The notes under the pieces: model-generated
Databases searched by the model: none
What the model saw: the letters and a program-made list of their open reading frames with translations, nothing else
Told to the model about the DNA's origin: nothing
Translations under genes and position numbers: made by a program
Origin: an uncultured archaeon
Lineage (GTDB): Archaea; Hadarchaeota; Hadarchaeia; Hadarchaeales; WYZ-LMO6
Length of the DNA: 64,000 nt
Assembly (NCBI GenBank): GCA_938074535.1
Contig: CALJER010000017.1
Location: 314-64,313, forward strand
Direction: 5' to 3'
Shown: one piece after another, positions 25,644-37,162 of the stretch
How positions within the stretch are numbered: the stretch's first letter is position 1
Layout: each line of letters begins with the position of its first letter

Positions 25644-26339
25644 CTATAAAGAAGGGAGCATCTCCCCCAGGGTGACGAACTCCACCCCCCTCTCCCCCAG
25701 CCAGAGGAGGAGCTCCCTCAGTCTGCGCAGCGAGGTTTCTCCCGTGGAGAACCCGAGGTCCCACCTCACCCCCCTCATCTCCACCGCCTCCCAGGGATGG
25801 TAGTCCAGCACGGTGAGGGGAAGGTGGCGCACGCACCACCCCAGGATCCTCCGGGAGAGGGAAAGGGGAAGGCGGAGGATGCTGGAGGGGAGGGTGTTGG
25901 GGAACTCCGGGAGGCCGGGAGGCCCGAGGCCGGGATAGGGCTTGTAGAGGGCGAGGGAGGAATCGTAGGAGTACCCCAGCCTCCTCACCTCATCCAGGAC
26001 CTCCGCTGTGGGCCTGAAGTTGGGGGCCCTGAAGCCCCTGGGCCTCCACCCCATCCTCCTCATCCTCTCCGTGGCCTCTCTCACCCTCCTCCTCCCCTCC
26101 GCGGGGGGAAGGCGGTCCAGCCTCTCGTGGCGGAGGCCGTGGCAGCCGACCTCGTGCCCTTCCGGCCTCCCGGGGAGCCTCCCGGCGGCCTCCGCGGTGC
26201 TGAAGAGGGTGGCCCTTATCCCCAGCTCCTCCAGCAGCTCCAGCAGGGCGGGGAGACCCTCCTCCATCCCCCTCCAGGTGCGGAGGAAGGGGGGTGCGTC
26301 CTCCTCCAGGTCCAGGGTGAAGGCCACCTTTCCCCTCAA
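25644..26339 (-). CDS. Polysaccharide deacetylase (CE4-like)
   Basis: FTLDLEED, HEVGCHGLRH, GFRAP, YDSSL, YHPWE. Confidence 0.85.
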   Translation of the reverse strand: MRGKVAFTLDLEEDAPPFLRTWRGMEEGLPALLELLEELGIRATLFSTAEAAGRLPGRPEGHEVGCHGLRHERLDRLPPAEGRRRVREATERMRRMGWRPRGFRAPNFRPTAEVLDEVRRLGYSYDSSLALYKPYPGLGPPGLPEFPNTLPSSILRLPLSLSRRILGWCVRHLPLTVLDYHPWEAVEMRGVRWDLGFSTGETSLRRLRELLLWLGERGVEFVTLGEMLPSL

Positions 26340-27442
26340 GCGATCTCCTCGTAAAGCCTGAGGGTTAGCCTGGCCGTGCGCTCCCAGCTGAACCTTCTGG
26401 CCGTCCTCAGGCCGCCCCGGCGGAGGGTCCTGACCAAGCCCCCGTCGGAGAGGAGCCTGAGGAGGGCCTCCTTCAGGGAAGAGGGATCCCCGGGTTCGAA
26501 GAAAAGACAGTTGTATCCCTCCCTGGCGAACTCCAGGATCCCTCCGGCCCTCGGACAGATCACGGGGGTCCCCACCGCCATGGCCTCTATCGCGGCCAGA
26601 CCGAAAGCCTCCACGGAGGAGGGAAGGACGAAGACATCGGCCCCCGCCATGAGCCTGGCCACCTCCGGATGTGGAAGACGGCCCAGCAGCTCCACCCTTT
26701 CACCCAGCCCCTCCCTCTCCACCTCCCTCCTTATTCCCTCCTCCTCCGGCCCCTCACCCGCCATCACCAGCCTGGCACCCGGGACCTCTCTCCTCACCTC
26801 CTGGAAGGCCCTCAGGAGCAGGTAGGGCCCCTTCCTTTTCACCAGCCTTATGGCCGTGGCCACCAGGGGCTCTCCGTCCCCCACCCCCATCCTCCTCCTG
26901 AGCCCCTCCGCGTCCAGCCCCCGGCGGAAGGTGGAGAGGTCCACGCCGTTGGGGATGACCTCTATCCTCTCCCGCGGCACGCCCAGGAAAGCACAGAAGT
27001 CCTCGGAGGCCCTGCTCACCGCCACCACCCTGCTGGCGCGCCTGAGGAAGAAGGCCAGGGGAAGATGGACCGCCCTCCAGAGCCCGAAGGGGTGGAGGAA
27101 GGAATGACAGGTGAGGACCGAAGGCAGTCCCCTTCCTCTGGCGAAGCGTGAAGCCGCCAGGGCCAGGGGTGAGTACATGTCCGTGCCGTGAACCACGGAG
27201 AAGTCCTCCGAGCGGAGCTGCCTGCGGAGCTCGGAGAAAATGAAGGGGGAGACGGACCTGTTCTTCACGGAGAGTCCCCTGAGACCCCTCACCTCCACCT
27301 CCCCTCTGGCCTCCGCCCCCTCCCTGGTGAAGACCACCACCTCCACCCCCAGCCTGGAGAGGGCGGAGCCCAGCTCCGCGGCATAGGTGGCCGCTCCTCC
27401 CGTCACGGGGGGGTACTCGTCACCGACCAGCGCCACCCTCAT
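26336..27442 (-). CDS. GT4 family glycosyltransferase
   Basis: YPPVTGG, VIPNGVD, FVLPSSVEAFGLAAIEAMAVG. Confidence 0.92.
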   Translation of the reverse strand: MRVALVGDEYPPVTGGAATYAAELGSALSRLGVEVVVFTREGAEARGEVEVRGLRGLSVKNRSVSPFIFSELRRQLRSEDFSVVHGTDMYSPLALAASRFARGRGLPSVLTCHSFLHPFGLWRAVHLPLAFFLRRASRVVAVSRASEDFCAFLGVPRERIEVIPNGVDLSTFRRGLDAEGLRRRMGVGDGEPLVATAIRLVKRKGPYLLLRAFQEVRREVPGARLVMAGEGPEEEGIRREVEREGLGERVELLGRLPHPEVARLMAGADVFVLPSSVEAFGLAAIEAMAVGTPVICPRAGGILEFAREGYNCLFFEPGDPSSLKEALLRLLSDGGLVRTLRRGGLRTARRFSWERTARLTLRLYEEIA

Positions 27443-27467
27443 CCTCACTTCCCCGGAGAGGGGAGAT

Positions 27468-28499
27468 TTAGCCTTTGGGAGGGCGGGCGCGCCTGAGGGG
27501 TGAAGGCCCCGTCAGGCCCAGGTAGGAGAGAACCCCCGCCCCCACCAGCGTGCTGAGGAGGAGGGAAATCATCCTCTCCAGCAGGGTGGCCGCCAGAGCC
27601 GTGGGGAGGGGGACCCTGAAGAAGGTGAAGACGGAGAGCATGGTGGCCTCCACCAGCACCAGCCCCCCCGGGAGGAAGGGCACGAGCCCGGCCAGCGTGG
27701 GGAGGGAGGTGGCCAGGAGGAGCATGGGCAGGCCCGGGCGGTAGCCCAGGGAGAGGAAAACCAGGAAGAGCCGGAGGAGATCGAGGGACCACATGAGGAG
27801 GGAGAGGAGGAGGAGGGGGACCACGCACCTCCAGCTGGAGAGCACGGAGCTGGAGCTCCGGTACATCTCCCGGATGGGGGGGAGCGCTCCCTTCCCCCTG
27901 CCCAGCAGCCTCGCCAGGCGGTTCAGCAGCCTCCCCAGCGCCCCCATTCCCACCTCCTTCCTCACCACCCCGAAGACTAGGAAGGGGGGGAAGAGGAGGA
28001 AGAAGAGCCAGAGCAGGAGGAACCAGTGGAGGGGAAAGGGAAGGGAGATCCCCAGGAGAAGCCCCAGCATCAGGAAGGAAATGACGACGGGGAAGTCGAA
28101 GAGGTGGTCCAGGAAGGTGGTGGAGAGGGCGGAGGAGTAGGGGACCCCCCTGAGCTTCCCCAGCAGGTAGACCCTTCCTAGGGGATCGGCCCCTCCCCTG
28201 AAGAGGGGGGTGACGTTGTTGATGAAGACGCTCCCGGAAAGGATCAGGTAGAGATCCTTCAGGCCCACCCCGAAACCCAGGTAGGAAAGGGAGACCCTCC
28301 AGCGGAGGGCCCAGATCACGATACTCCCGAAGTACAGCAGGATGGCCGCCGCAAACCAGCGGAACCTCACCCCGCGGAGGATCCCCGCCATGGAGTGGAG
28401 GTCGTCCCTCCAGCACACCAGGAGCACCGAGAGGGCGAGGGAGAGGGGGAGGAGAACGAAAAGGGTTCTTCTGAGAGTTCTTCCCATCATCCCCTCCAT
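27468..28499 (-). CDS. Flippase-like / lysylphosphatidylglycerol synthase TM domain protein (UPF0104)
   Basis: ALRWR, FINNVTP..GGADP..R, PFLPGGLVLVE, LLERMIS; multi-TM. Confidence 0.8.
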   Translation of the reverse strand: MEGMMGRTLRRTLFVLLPLSLALSVLLVCWRDDLHSMAGILRGVRFRWFAAAILLYFGSIVIWALRWRVSLSYLGFGVGLKDLYLILSGSVFINNVTPLFRGGADPLGRVYLLGKLRGVPYSSALSTTFLDHLFDFPVVISFLMLGLLLGISLPFPLHWFLLLWLFFLLFPPFLVFGVVRKEVGMGALGRLLNRLARLLGRGKGALPPIREMYRSSSSVLSSWRCVVPLLLLSLLMWSLDLLRLFLVFLSLGYRPGLPMLLLATSLPTLAGLVPFLPGGLVLVEATMLSVFTFFRVPLPTALAATLLERMISLLLSTLVGAGVLSYLGLTGPSPLRRARPPKG

Positions 28500-28529
28500 A
28501 TTTATCTCACCCCTAAAAACTGAAGGAGT

Positions 28530-29918
28530 ATGGCGTCCGTTCTCTTCATCTATCCTCCCCTGAGCTTCGAGGAGAGGGGCGCCCTCTCCGCCTACGCCCC
28601 ACCCCTCGGGATCCTCTACCTGGCCTCCGTCCTGCAGGGAGCAGGACACAGGGTCCAAGTGGTGGACGCGGAAGCCGAGCGCCTCTCCCTGAGGGAGCTG
28701 GGGGAGAGGATCCGGAGGGAGAAGCCCGACGTGGTGGGCCTCACCTGCCTCACCCTCACCCTGGAGTCCTGCAAGCGCATCGTGAAGGAGGTCAGGAGGA
28801 GGTCCGGGGCCTACGTGGTGGTGGGGGGGCCCCACATCTCCGTCTCCCCTCCGGAGTACCTGAAGGAGATAGGGGCGGACGCCTACGTGGTGGGGGAGGC
28901 GGAGGAGGAAATCGTCAGGATCGTGGAGGAGAGGCCCTCCGGGATCATCCGGGCTAGGGAGCCCCAGGACATGGACTCCCTCCCCCTGCCGGCCAGGGAG
29001 CTGGTGGAGCATGTGGAGTACGGGCAGTTCTACGGGATGAAGATGACGGGGAAAATCACGGGGATCCTGACCTCCAGGGGGTGCAGGTACGGATGCACCT
29101 ACTGCAACCGCCCGAAGAAGCTGGGCTTCCGCTCCCGCTCCCCCCGCCAGATCGTGGAGGAGCTGAAGCTGCTGGACAGGGAGGGTTTCGACTCCATCTG
29201 GATCGCCGACGACAACTTCACCAACGATCCCAGGAGGGTGATCAAGCTGGCCGAGCTGATAAGGAGGGAGGGCCTGAAGTTCCACTTCTTCGGGCAGGCA
29301 AGGGTGGACACGCCCAGCAGGGCCCTCTACAGGGCCATGAGGGAAATGGGGGTCCTGGCCCTGAGCTACGGGGTGGAGTCCGTGGTCCCCGAGGTGGTGA
29401 GGTGGTACGCGAAGACCCCGCACCCGGAGCGCTGGCCCCACTACGTGAAGCGCTCGATGGACCTCTGCAGGGAGTACGGGATCATCTTCCTGGGAAGCCT
29501 GATCTTCGGGGCGCCCATGGAGACCAAGGAGGACATGGTGCGCTCCATCGAGTTCCTGGAGAAGGGAGGGGCGGACTTCATCAACGGCAACATCCTGCTC
29601 TACATGGTGGGCTCCGCCATCTGGAACTGGGCCGTGAGGGAGGGGAGGCTGCGTCCGGACCAGTTCGTGGCCACGGCCCCCGAGCTGGGCCTCACCCCCT
29701 ACTCCAAGGAGGAGCTGCAGGAGCTCTGCGACCGCTGCGCCGACTTCTCCAAGAGGGAGGGATGGAAGAGCTCCTTCAGGAAGATCCTGCAGAGGAGGGA
29801 ACTGGGGCTGATATGGATGGGCCTGAGGAGGTACGTGGGGGACTACCTGAAGATCAGGAGGGTGAGGAGGGAGATCTACGGGTACGGGTACGGAAAGAGA
29901 TATACCGCCGGGAGGTGA
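28530..29918 (+). CDS. B12-binding radical SAM protein
   Basis: [33 protein letters not shown]. Confidence 0.9.
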   Translation: MASVLFIYPPLSFEERGALSAYAPPLGILYLASVLQGAGHRVQVVDAEAERLSLRELGERIRREKPDVVGLTCLTLTLESCKRIVKEVRRRSGAYVVVGGPHISVSPPEYLKEIGADAYVVGEAEEEIVRIVEERPSGIIRAREPQDMDSLPLPARELVEHVEYGQFYGMKMTGKITGILTSRGCRYGCTYCNRPKKLGFRSRSPRQIVEELKLLDREGFDSIWIADDNFTNDPRRVIKLAELIRREGLKFHFFGQARVDTPSRALYRAMREMGVLALSYGVESVVPEVVRWYAKTPHPERWPHYVKRSMDLCREYGIIFLGSLIFGAPMETKEDMVRSIEFLEKGGADFINGNILLYMVGSAIWNWAVREGRLRPDQFVATAPELGLTPYSKEELQELCDRCADFSKREGWKSSFRKILQRRELGLIWMGLRRYVGDYLKIRRVRREIYGYGYGKRYTAGR

Positions 29919-29926
29919 GGGAGAAG

Positions 29927-30121
29927 GTGCCCGCCATAAGCAGGGGACTGCTGAGGATCCTCGCCTGCCCGGTGTGCAAGGGGGGGCTGAAACTGGGGAG
30001 GGAGGAGCTGGTGTGCAAAAGGTGCTCCCAGCGGTATCCCATCGTGGACGGCATACCCCATCTCCTCCCTCCCGAGCTGATGCCCGGGGCCCGCAGGGCT
30101 AGAACTCCACCTCGACGGTGA
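29927..30121 (+). CDS. Trm112-like small zinc-binding protein
   Basis: [14 protein letters not shown]...[18 protein letters not shown]; start GTG 29915 or 29927. Confidence 0.8.
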   Translation: MPAISRGLLRILACPVCKGGLKLGREELVCKRCSQRYPIVDGIPHLLPPELMPGARRARTPPRR

Positions 30122-30518
30122 TCTCCACCGGCAGGCCCTTTCTGAGGAGGCTCACGAACTCCCGGGAAAGGTCCGAGGCCGACCTGTCCGCCCTCACCGC
30201 CAGCGTCCTCCCGCACACGAAGGAGCTCCTCCTCACCACCATGTCCGTGGGGTGGTCCAGGGTGAGGGAGGGGTGGCCCCAGCCCCGCACGGTCTCCACC
30301 CTTCCCCCCACCTCCATCCTCACCACCACCCTTCCGCCCTTCCTTATTCCCCCCTTCAGTTCCCTCCCCAGGTCGAGCACGGACTTGTCCGCCCCCACGG
30401 CCACGATGCAGTCGCCCCCGGGCCCCACCTCCCCCTCCTTCGTGATCATGAGGGTGGTGGGATGGAGGGCGGTGAGGAGCGGATGGCCCCTGGCCCTCAC
30501 CCTCTCCCTTTTTTTCAT
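30099..30518 (-). CDS. DUF371 family protein
   Basis: ARGHP...HPTT..ITKE...[20 protein letters not shown]. Confidence 0.85.
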   Translation of the reverse strand: MKKRERVRARGHPLLTALHPTTLMITKEGEVGPGGDCIVAVGADKSVLDLGRELKGGIRKGGRVVVRMEVGGRVETVRGWGHPSLTLDHPTDMVVRRSSFVCGRTLAVRADRSASDLSREFVSLLRKGLPVEITVEVEF

Positions 30519-30573
30519 TCCCCCTCCTAGTTTTTCGGGGGTATTTCTGGGTTTTGAGGAGGAGAGGGAGGAA

Positions 30574-31203
30574 ATGGTGGAAGAGCTGGTGAGGTGGGGG
30601 TACCTCCGCACCCCCTCCCTCATCGAGGCCTTCAGGAGGGTCCCCAGGGAGGAGTTCGTCCCGTCCTCCCTCCGGAAATACGCCTACGAGGACCACCCGC
30701 TTTCGATAGGTTACGGGCAAACCATCTCCGCCCCCAGCATGATCGCCCTGATGCTGGAGTCCCTGGACCTGAGGAAGGGACAGAAGGTGCTGGAGGTGGG
30801 GACGGGCTCCGGCTACAACGCCGCCCTCCTGGCGGAGCTGGTGGGAAGGGAGGGAAGGGTGGTCTCCATGGAGCGCCTCCCCGGCCTGGCCTCCTTCGGG
30901 AGGGAGAACCTGAGGAGAACGGGGTATGGCTGGGTGGAGGTGGTGGTGGGGGACGGCACCTGCGGTTATCCCCCCGGAGCCCCCTGGGACCGCATCCTCA
31001 TCACGGCCTGCTCCCCCGGTTTTCCCCCTCCCCTCGTCGAGCAGCTGAAGGTGGGCGGGAGGATGGGGGCACCCGTGGGGCACTTCTACGGGGGGCAGGT
31101 CTGGAAGGTGGCGGAGAAGAAGGAGGGGGGGGACCTGCGCGTGGAGAACTACTCACCCTGCTCCTTCGTTCCCCTGGTGGGGAAGTACGGGTGGAAGGAA
31201 TAG
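30574..31203 (+). CDS. pcm: Protein-L-isoaspartate O-methyltransferase
   Basis: VPREEF, GQTISAP, VLEVGTGSGYNAA, GDG..G, FVPLVG; start may be CTG 30547. Confidence 0.93.
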   Translation: MVEELVRWGYLRTPSLIEAFRRVPREEFVPSSLRKYAYEDHPLSIGYGQTISAPSMIALMLESLDLRKGQKVLEVGTGSGYNAALLAELVGREGRVVSMERLPGLASFGRENLRRTGYGWVEVVVGDGTCGYPPGAPWDRILITACSPGFPPPLVEQLKVGGRMGAPVGHFYGGQVWKVAEKKEGGDLRVENYSPCSFVPLVGKYGWKE

Positions 31204-31204
31204 C

Positions 31205-32218
31205 TCAGAACCACCTCTCCAGGGAACTCTGCCTCCCCCCCCTCCCCCTGAGCAGCTTCTGGATCCCCGACTGGACCCTGTCCTCCGAGAAGTCGTGCTC
31301 CCCGCAGAGGAACCCCTTTATCCCCTCCACCTCGGGCTGGCCCCACTCTATCCTGTACTCGTCGGAGACCTCCGGTTCCAGGAAGATCCTCCTTATCCCC
31401 TCAAAGTCCTCCACCCTCACCCCTTCCCTCTCTATTCCCTCCAGAGACCCGTGCTTCCTCACCAGCTCCAGCGCCCTCTTGGGCCCTATCCCCTTCACCC
31501 CCTCGTTGAAATCCGTCCCCACCAGGATCCCCACATCCACCAGCTGCTCCCTGGTGATCCCCAGCTCGGAGAGGGCCCTTTCCAGCTCCACCACCTCCGG
31601 CCTCACCTCCACGTACACATCCTTGCCGGGGAGCTTCCTCCTCCCCGTGAGGGCCAGGTTTCTCACCAAAACCGGGGAACCGAAGAGCAGGCTGTCGAAG
31701 TCCTGGCTGGCCACCGCCCAGGCATCCCCCCTCCTCACCAGGTGCGCGGCCTGGGCCTCCCCCTCGGCGGGAGCCTGAACGAAGGGAACGCCCATCAGGC
31801 GCAGCAGGCGCTTGGCATCCTCCACCACCCGCTCCTCCACCGTCGCCGCCTGCGCCGCATACCTCCTGGCCTCCTCCAGCCTCCCCTCCCTCAGCGCCCT
31901 CTCCCACTCCTCCGCCGCCCTCTCCCTCACCACCCTCCTCTCCTCCAGGGTCCTCCTCTTCAGCTCGGGGGGCTTCCCGTCGAACACGTAGATGGGGTAA
32001 ATCTCCGCCTCCAGCAGGTTGGCGGTGCGGTAGAAGAGCCCGGAGAGGTGCGAGGTGATCCTTCCCCTGGAGTCCCTGAGGGGCTCACCATCCCTCTGGC
32101 GGATGATGGCCAGGAACTGGTAGAGGAAGTTCAGGGCGTCCACCGCCACCCTTTTCCCCCTGAGCTCCTCCAGCCCCACCTCCGTCCGCGGGAGGAGGGG
32201 CCCCAGCTGGACTCCCAT
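31205..32218 (-). CDS. fen: Flap endonuclease 1
   Basis: MGV, DALNFLYQFL, EGEAQAA, SQDFDSLLFG, GTDFN.G, PIP box QSSLERWF. Confidence 0.97.
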   Translation of the reverse strand: MGVQLGPLLPRTEVGLEELRGKRVAVDALNFLYQFLAIIRQRDGEPLRDSRGRITSHLSGLFYRTANLLEAEIYPIYVFDGKPPELKRRTLEERRVVRERAAEEWERALREGRLEEARRYAAQAATVEERVVEDAKRLLRLMGVPFVQAPAEGEAQAAHLVRRGDAWAVASQDFDSLLFGSPVLVRNLALTGRRKLPGKDVYVEVRPEVVELERALSELGITREQLVDVGILVGTDFNEGVKGIGPKRALELVRKHGSLEGIEREGVRVEDFEGIRRIFLEPEVSDEYRIEWGQPEVEGIKGFLCGEHDFSEDRVQSGIQKLLRGRGGRQSSLERWF

Positions 32219-32253
32219 CCCAAAGTCCTTGGAGGGGCGAAGCTAAAAGCCCG

Positions 32254-32814
32254 GTGCCCCCGGGGAAAGCGGTGGAGAGGCTCAGGCTGGAGGAGCTGGC
32301 GGGGGAAGCGGAGGAGAAGGAGGACCTGGTGGTGGAGCACGAGCTGAGGGGGGTCGAGCCGGAGATGATCGACTGGTTCTGGACCTACCTCGCCGAGGGT
32401 GGCGCGAAGGGAACGGAGGAAGCAACCAGGAGATACAAACTCTGGCACCCGCGAGACCACGTGTCCTTTGAGTGGGAGGGAGAAACCGTGCACAGGGTGG
32501 TGGAGAGGATAGGGGAAACCCCTCCCGTGGAAATGAGGATGAGGGCCGAACCTCCGGACGAGATACCCATCCCCCGCTCCCCTTCCTACTCCCATGCCAT
32601 GGCCGAGAGCATCCTGGGAAAGGGGGACAAACCCTTGGGGTGGCTCCTCCACGAGTACGAAAAAATGCCCGGAGGGACCAGGATGCGCTCCACCTTCAGG
32701 CTGCCCGCCACCCTCCTCTCCGTGGTCCGGGAAGCCCTGAGGAAACACTGCCTGGAGGAGATGGGGGAGCTCACGAGCCTCCTGCCCGAGCTCTACCGCA
32801 AGGAGAGGGGATGA
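32254..32814 (+). CDS. DAPG hydrolase (PhlG)-like protein
   Basis: MIDWFW, RYKLWHPRDH, HCLEEM...LPELY. Confidence 0.65.
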   Translation: MPPGKAVERLRLEELAGEAEEKEDLVVEHELRGVEPEMIDWFWTYLAEGGAKGTEEATRRYKLWHPRDHVSFEWEGETVHRVVERIGETPPVEMRMRAEPPDEIPIPRSPSYSHAMAESILGKGDKPLGWLLHEYEKMPGGTRMRSTFRLPATLLSVVREALRKHCLEEMGELTSLLPELYRKERG

Positions 32815-33042
32815 TCAGGATTCTCCCGGGGGCTCCCTGAGCACGGTGATGGGGCACACGCCCTTCTCGAACTCGTAGAGGGCGATCTCCACCGAGCTCT
32901 TCAGGTGCTTGGGGACCTCCACGAGAACAGGCGCCCCCATGGAGATCTGGAGGGCGCGGGCCCCTATGATCCTGGCCTTTTCGAATTTGGTGTACTTCCT
33001 TACGGAGAAGATGCCGAACCCCCCCAGCTCAGCTGTCTGCAT
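32815..33042 (-). CDS. rpoK: RNA polymerase subunit Rpo6 (K)
   Basis: [21 protein letters not shown]. Confidence 0.93.
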   Translation of the reverse strand: MQTAELGGFGIFSVRKYTKFEKARIIGARALQISMGAPVLVEVPKHLKSSVEIALYEFEKGVCPITVLREPPGES

Positions 33043-34704
33043 TCAGAACTCCGGTGAGGGGGGAGTCTCTCCCTTCTCTCCCTTCTTTTCTTTTTCTTCC
33101 TTTTCCTCCGTCTTCACCGCGGCGATGACGTCGTCTATCCTCAGGATCATCTCGGCGGCCTCGCTGGCGGATTTTATGGCCTGCAGCTTCACCCTGATGG
33201 GCTCCACCACTCCTTTCTCCATCATGTCCACGATCTGCCCGCTCATCACCTCTATCCCCTTGCCCATCCCATCGGGCTTTTCATGCTCCGCGCGCAGCTT
33301 CACCAGGATGTCGATGGAATCCAGGCCGGCGTTCTCCGCCAGCGTCCTGGGGATGACCTCCATGGCATCGGCGAAGGCGTTGACCGCCAGGGCCTCCCTT
33401 CCCCCCAGCTCCTTGGAGTAATCGCGGAGGGCCTTGGCCACCTCCATCTCGCACGCCCCACCTCCCGGGAGGATCCTCCCGTCCTCCAGGGCCACGCAGG
33501 CCACGGAAACTCCGTCGTGAACCGCCCTCTCCAGCTCATCCACCACGTGCTCCGTTCCGCCCCTCACCAGGATGGTCACGGCCTTGGGGTCCTTGCACCC
33601 CTCCACGAACACCATTTCCTCCCCCGCCACCTTCCTCTCCTCCACGAGCTCGGCCGAGCCCAGGTCGGAGGGGCTCAGGTCCTTCAGGCTCATCACCACC
33701 CTGCCCCCTGTGGCCTCCGCCAGCTTCTGCATGTCGGACTCCTTCACCCTCCTCACGGCCAGAATGCCAGCCTTGGCCAGGTAGTGCTGGGCCACGTCAT
33801 CTATGCCCTTCTGGCACAGGACCACGTTGGCCCCCACCCTCTTCACCTGCTCCACCATGTCCATCAGCATCTTCCTCTCCTCGTCCAGGAAGCTCTTCAG
33901 CTGCTCCGGATCGGTGATGTTGATCTTGGCGTCCGTCTCGGTCTTCTCCACCTCGAACGCGCTGCTGATGAGGGCGATTTTGGCGTTCTTCACCCTCTTC
34001 GGCATGCCCGGGTGGACCACCTCTTTGTCGAGCACGATGCCCCTCACCAGCTGGGAGTCGGAGGAAGAGCCCCCTATCTTCTTCTCCAGCTTGATCTTGT
34101 CCCTGTCCGCCCTGATCTTCCCGTTCTCCTCCTTCGTGATCTGCCTGGCGGCCTCCACGATGAGGCTCACCAGCCTGTCTCCCTTTATCTCGGATCCCTT
34201 GCTGCTTATGGAGGTGGCCACGATCTTCTTCAGCATCTCCACATCATCCTTGGAGATCGGGCGGGCGATCTTCTGCAGGATTTCCTGCGCCCTTGCCGCC
34301 GCCTTCCTGTACCCGCTGGCGATGATGGTGGCATGGATGTCCTGGTCCAGCAGCTCCTCCGCCTTCTTCAGGAGCTCCCCGGCCAGGACCACGGTGGTGG
34401 TGGTCCCGTCGCCGGCCTCGTCCTCCTGGGTCTTTGCGATCTCCACCATCATCTTGGCGGCAGGGTGCTCCACATCCATCTCCTTCAGGATGGTGACCCC
34501 GTCGTTGGTCACCGTGATGTCGCCCAGGCTGTCCACCAGCATCTTGTCCATCCCCCTGGGTCCCAGGGTGGTGCGGACGGCCTCCGCGATCACCCTGGCG
34601 GCCATGATGTTCATGTGCTGGGCGTCCCTGCCCAGGTACCTCATGGCCTTCTCGGGGAGGACCAGCACGGGAGTGCCGCCCAGCTGAGCTGCTGGCGCTG
34701 CCAT
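33043..34704 (-). CDS. Thermosome (group II chaperonin) subunit
   Basis: [26 protein letters not shown]. Confidence 0.97.
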   Translation of the reverse strand: MAAPAAQLGGTPVLVLPEKAMRYLGRDAQHMNIMAARVIAEAVRTTLGPRGMDKMLVDSLGDITVTNDGVTILKEMDVEHPAAKMMVEIAKTQEDEAGDGTTTTVVLAGELLKKAEELLDQDIHATIIASGYRKAAARAQEILQKIARPISKDDVEMLKKIVATSISSKGSEIKGDRLVSLIVEAARQITKEENGKIRADRDKIKLEKKIGGSSSDSQLVRGIVLDKEVVHPGMPKRVKNAKIALISSAFEVEKTETDAKINITDPEQLKSFLDEERKMLMDMVEQVKRVGANVVLCQKGIDDVAQHYLAKAGILAVRRVKESDMQKLAEATGGRVVMSLKDLSPSDLGSAELVEERKVAGEEMVFVEGCKDPKAVTILVRGGTEHVVDELERAVHDGVSVACVALEDGRILPGGGACEMEVAKALRDYSKELGGREALAVNAFADAMEVIPRTLAENAGLDSIDILVKLRAEHEKPDGMGKGIEVMSGQIVDMMEKGVVEPIRVKLQAIKSASEAAEMILRIDDVIAAVKTEEKEEKEKKGEKGETPPSPEF

Positions 34705-34818
34705 CTCGTCACCTCACAAACTCTAGAATCAAATGTGTTAATCAGAGTTCCCATATAAAAGATTTTCTCTCCACCCTCTCCCCGCCCCCAGCTTTAAACA
34801 AGCCGGAGAAAAGAGGAT

Positions 34819-35505
34819 GTGGATCCAAGCGCCCTTTATAAGCTCAGCTACGGGCTGTACGTGCTGACCTCGAGGGACGGGGAAAGGCTCAACGGGCAGG
34901 TCGCCAATACCGTGTTCCAGGTGACCTCGGAGCCCCCTCAGGTGGTGGTCTCCGTGAACAAGAAGAACCTCACCCACGAGTTCATCAGGAAGAGCAGGGT
35001 CTTCGCCGTCTCCGTGCTCTCCAGGGACACCCCCCTGAAGTTCATAGGACACTTCGGCTTCAAGTCCGGGAGGGAGGGCAACAAGTTCGCCGGGGTGAGG
35101 TACAAGGTGGGAAAGACGGGAGCACCCCTCCTGCTGGACCATACCCTGGCCCACATAGAGGCGGAGGTGGTGGGGGAGGTGGATGCAGGCACCCACACCC
35201 TCTTCCTGGGGAGGGTGGTGGAGGCCGAGGTGGTGAGGGAAGGCGAGCCCATGACATACTCCCACTACCGGGAGGTGAAGGGTGGGACCACCCCCAAGGC
35301 CGCACCCTCCTACGTGGAGAAGCCAGCGGAGGTGAAGAAAATGGACAAGTACCGGTGCTCCGTCTGCGGGTACCTGTACGACCCCGAGAAGGGAGACCCT
35401 GAGGGGGGCATACCGCCGGGCACACCCTTCGAGATGCTCCCCGACGGCTGGGTCTGTCCCGTGTGTGGGGCCGACAAGTCCCTTTTCAGGAAGGTGGAGG
35501 GTTGA
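34819..35505 (+). CDS. Flavin reductase-rubredoxin fusion (high-molecular-weight rubredoxin, Hrb-like)
   Basis: YGLYV, GTHTLF flavin reductase domain, then CSVCGY.YDP...WVCPVCG. Confidence 0.9.
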   Translation: MDPSALYKLSYGLYVLTSRDGERLNGQVANTVFQVTSEPPQVVVSVNKKNLTHEFIRKSRVFAVSVLSRDTPLKFIGHFGFKSGREGNKFAGVRYKVGKTGAPLLLDHTLAHIEAEVVGEVDAGTHTLFLGRVVEAEVVREGEPMTYSHYREVKGGTTPKAAPSYVEKPAEVKKMDKYRCSVCGYLYDPEKGDPEGGIPPGTPFEMLPDGWVCPVCGADKSLFRKVEG

Positions 35506-36692
35506 TCCCCAGGGAGATAGCCCCCGGCGTCTACGCCGTGGGGGCGGTGGACTGGGAGAGGAGGCTGTTCGACGGTCTCATCCCCCTGCCGCAGGGAACG
35601 AGCTACAACTCCTATCTGGTGAGGGGGCGGGAGGGTACGGTCCTCCTGGACACGGTGGACCCCTCCAAGCAGGAGGTGCTGCTGGGCAACCTCCGTGAGC
35701 TGGGCGTGAAAAGGCTGGACTACGTGGTGGTCCATCACGCCGAGCAGGACCACTCCGGTTCCCTCCCGGCGGTGCTGGAGGAGTACCGGGAGGCGAAGGT
35801 GCTGGCCCACCCGAAGGGAAGGGAGCTCCTGCAGCTCCTCCTCCGCGTGCCCGGCGAGAGGGTGAGGGAGGTCGGGGACGGGGAGGTCCTCTCCCTGGGG
35901 GACAAAACCCTGCAGTTCCTGCACGCCCCCTGGGTGCACTGGCCCGACACCATGCTCACCTACCTGAGGGAGGAGAGGATCCTCTTCACCTGCGACTTCC
36001 TGGGCTCCCACCTGGCCACCTCCTCCCTCCACGCCGACGAGAAGGAGGTCCATCCCGCCGCCAAGAGGTACTACGCCGAAATCATGATGCCCTTCAGGGG
36101 CCAGGTGAGGAAGAACCTCGAGAAGGCCAGGGGACTGGAGGTGAGGCTGATCGCCCCCAGCCACGGCCCCCTGCACCCCAGCCCCGAGTTCATCCTCAGC
36201 GCCTACGAGGACTGGAGCTCCGACGCCGTGAAGAACGAGGTGGTCCTTCCCTATCTCTCCATGCACGGGAGCGTGAAGAGGATGGTGGAGCACCTGACGG
36301 GGGCCCTGGTGAGGAGGGGGGTCGCCGTGAAACCCTTCGACCTCACCGTGACGGACGTGGGTGAGCTGGCCATGGCTCTGGTGGATGCCGCCACGCTCCT
36401 GCTGGGTTCACCCACCGTCCTGGGGGGTCCCCACCCCTTGGCCCTATACGCCGCCCAGCTGGTCGGTGCCCTGCGCCCCAAGCTCAAGTTCTTCGGGGTG
36501 GTTTGCTCCTACGGATGGGGGGGAAGAACGGTGGAGGTGCTCTCTGAAATCCTTTCCAGAACGGGGGCGGAGGCCCTTCCCCCCGTCTCGGTAAAGGGGT
36601 ACCCCTCTGAGGGGGACCTGAAGGCCCTGGAGGAGCTGGCGGAGCTGGTCGCCGCCAGGCACCGGGGGTTGGGGCTGGAGGCGGGCCGTTGA
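35502..36692 (+). CDS. fprA: Flavodiiron protein (FprA, A-type flavoprotein)
   Basis: [24 protein letters not shown], flavodoxin domain; TTG overlaps upstream TGA. Confidence 0.93.
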   Translation: MIPREIAPGVYAVGAVDWERRLFDGLIPLPQGTSYNSYLVRGREGTVLLDTVDPSKQEVLLGNLRELGVKRLDYVVVHHAEQDHSGSLPAVLEEYREAKVLAHPKGRELLQLLLRVPGERVREVGDGEVLSLGDKTLQFLHAPWVHWPDTMLTYLREERILFTCDFLGSHLATSSLHADEKEVHPAAKRYYAEIMMPFRGQVRKNLEKARGLEVRLIAPSHGPLHPSPEFILSAYEDWSSDAVKNEVVLPYLSMHGSVKRMVEHLTGALVRRGVAVKPFDLTVTDVGELAMALVDAATLLLGSPTVLGGPHPLALYAAQLVGALRPKLKFFGVVCSYGWGGRTVEVLSEILSRTGAEALPPVSVKGYPSEGDLKALEELAELVAARHRGLGLEAGR

Positions 36693-37156
36693 ACCTAGAG
36701 GGGTTCATGAGGGAGATGGTGAAGAGGGAGGAGGAAATCGTGGCCTCCCTGAGGGAGAGCCTGGGGAGGATCTCCCATCCAGCCGTGAGGGGGGTGCTGG
36801 AGGGAATTTCTCTGGACTCCGTGAAGCACGCGCGCATGTACGAGGCCGCCCTGAAGCTCCTCCAGGGGGTGAGGGAGGAGGTGAGGGAGGAGCAGCTCAG
36901 GGAGCAGGAGGAGCTCCTGAGGAAGCACCTGAGGTGGGAGGAGGAGCTGCTGGAGAAGATAGCTTCCGTGCTGCCCGAGACGGAGGATGAGAAGGTGAGG
37001 ATGCTCCTGCAGGCCATCCGCGAGGACGAGAGGAGGCACCACCTCCTGCTGAAGAAGGTGATGGAGCTTCTGGTGAGGAGGGAAACCGTGACGGAGGAAG
37101 ACGTCTGGGACCTCCTCTGGAAGAACGTCCCCTTCCACGGCACCCCCGGGGGGTGA
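36689..37156 (+). CDS. Ferritin/rubrerythrin-like di-iron protein
   Basis: DSVKH and DERRHH ExxH-type motifs in a helical repeat. Confidence 0.75.
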   Translation: MNLEGFMREMVKREEEIVASLRESLGRISHPAVRGVLEGISLDSVKHARMYEAALKLLQGVREEVREEQLREQEELLRKHLRWEEELLEKIASVLPETEDEKVRMLLQAIREDERRHHLLLKKVMELLVRRETVTEEDVWDLLWKNVPFHGTPGG

Positions 37157-37162
37157 ACTCCC

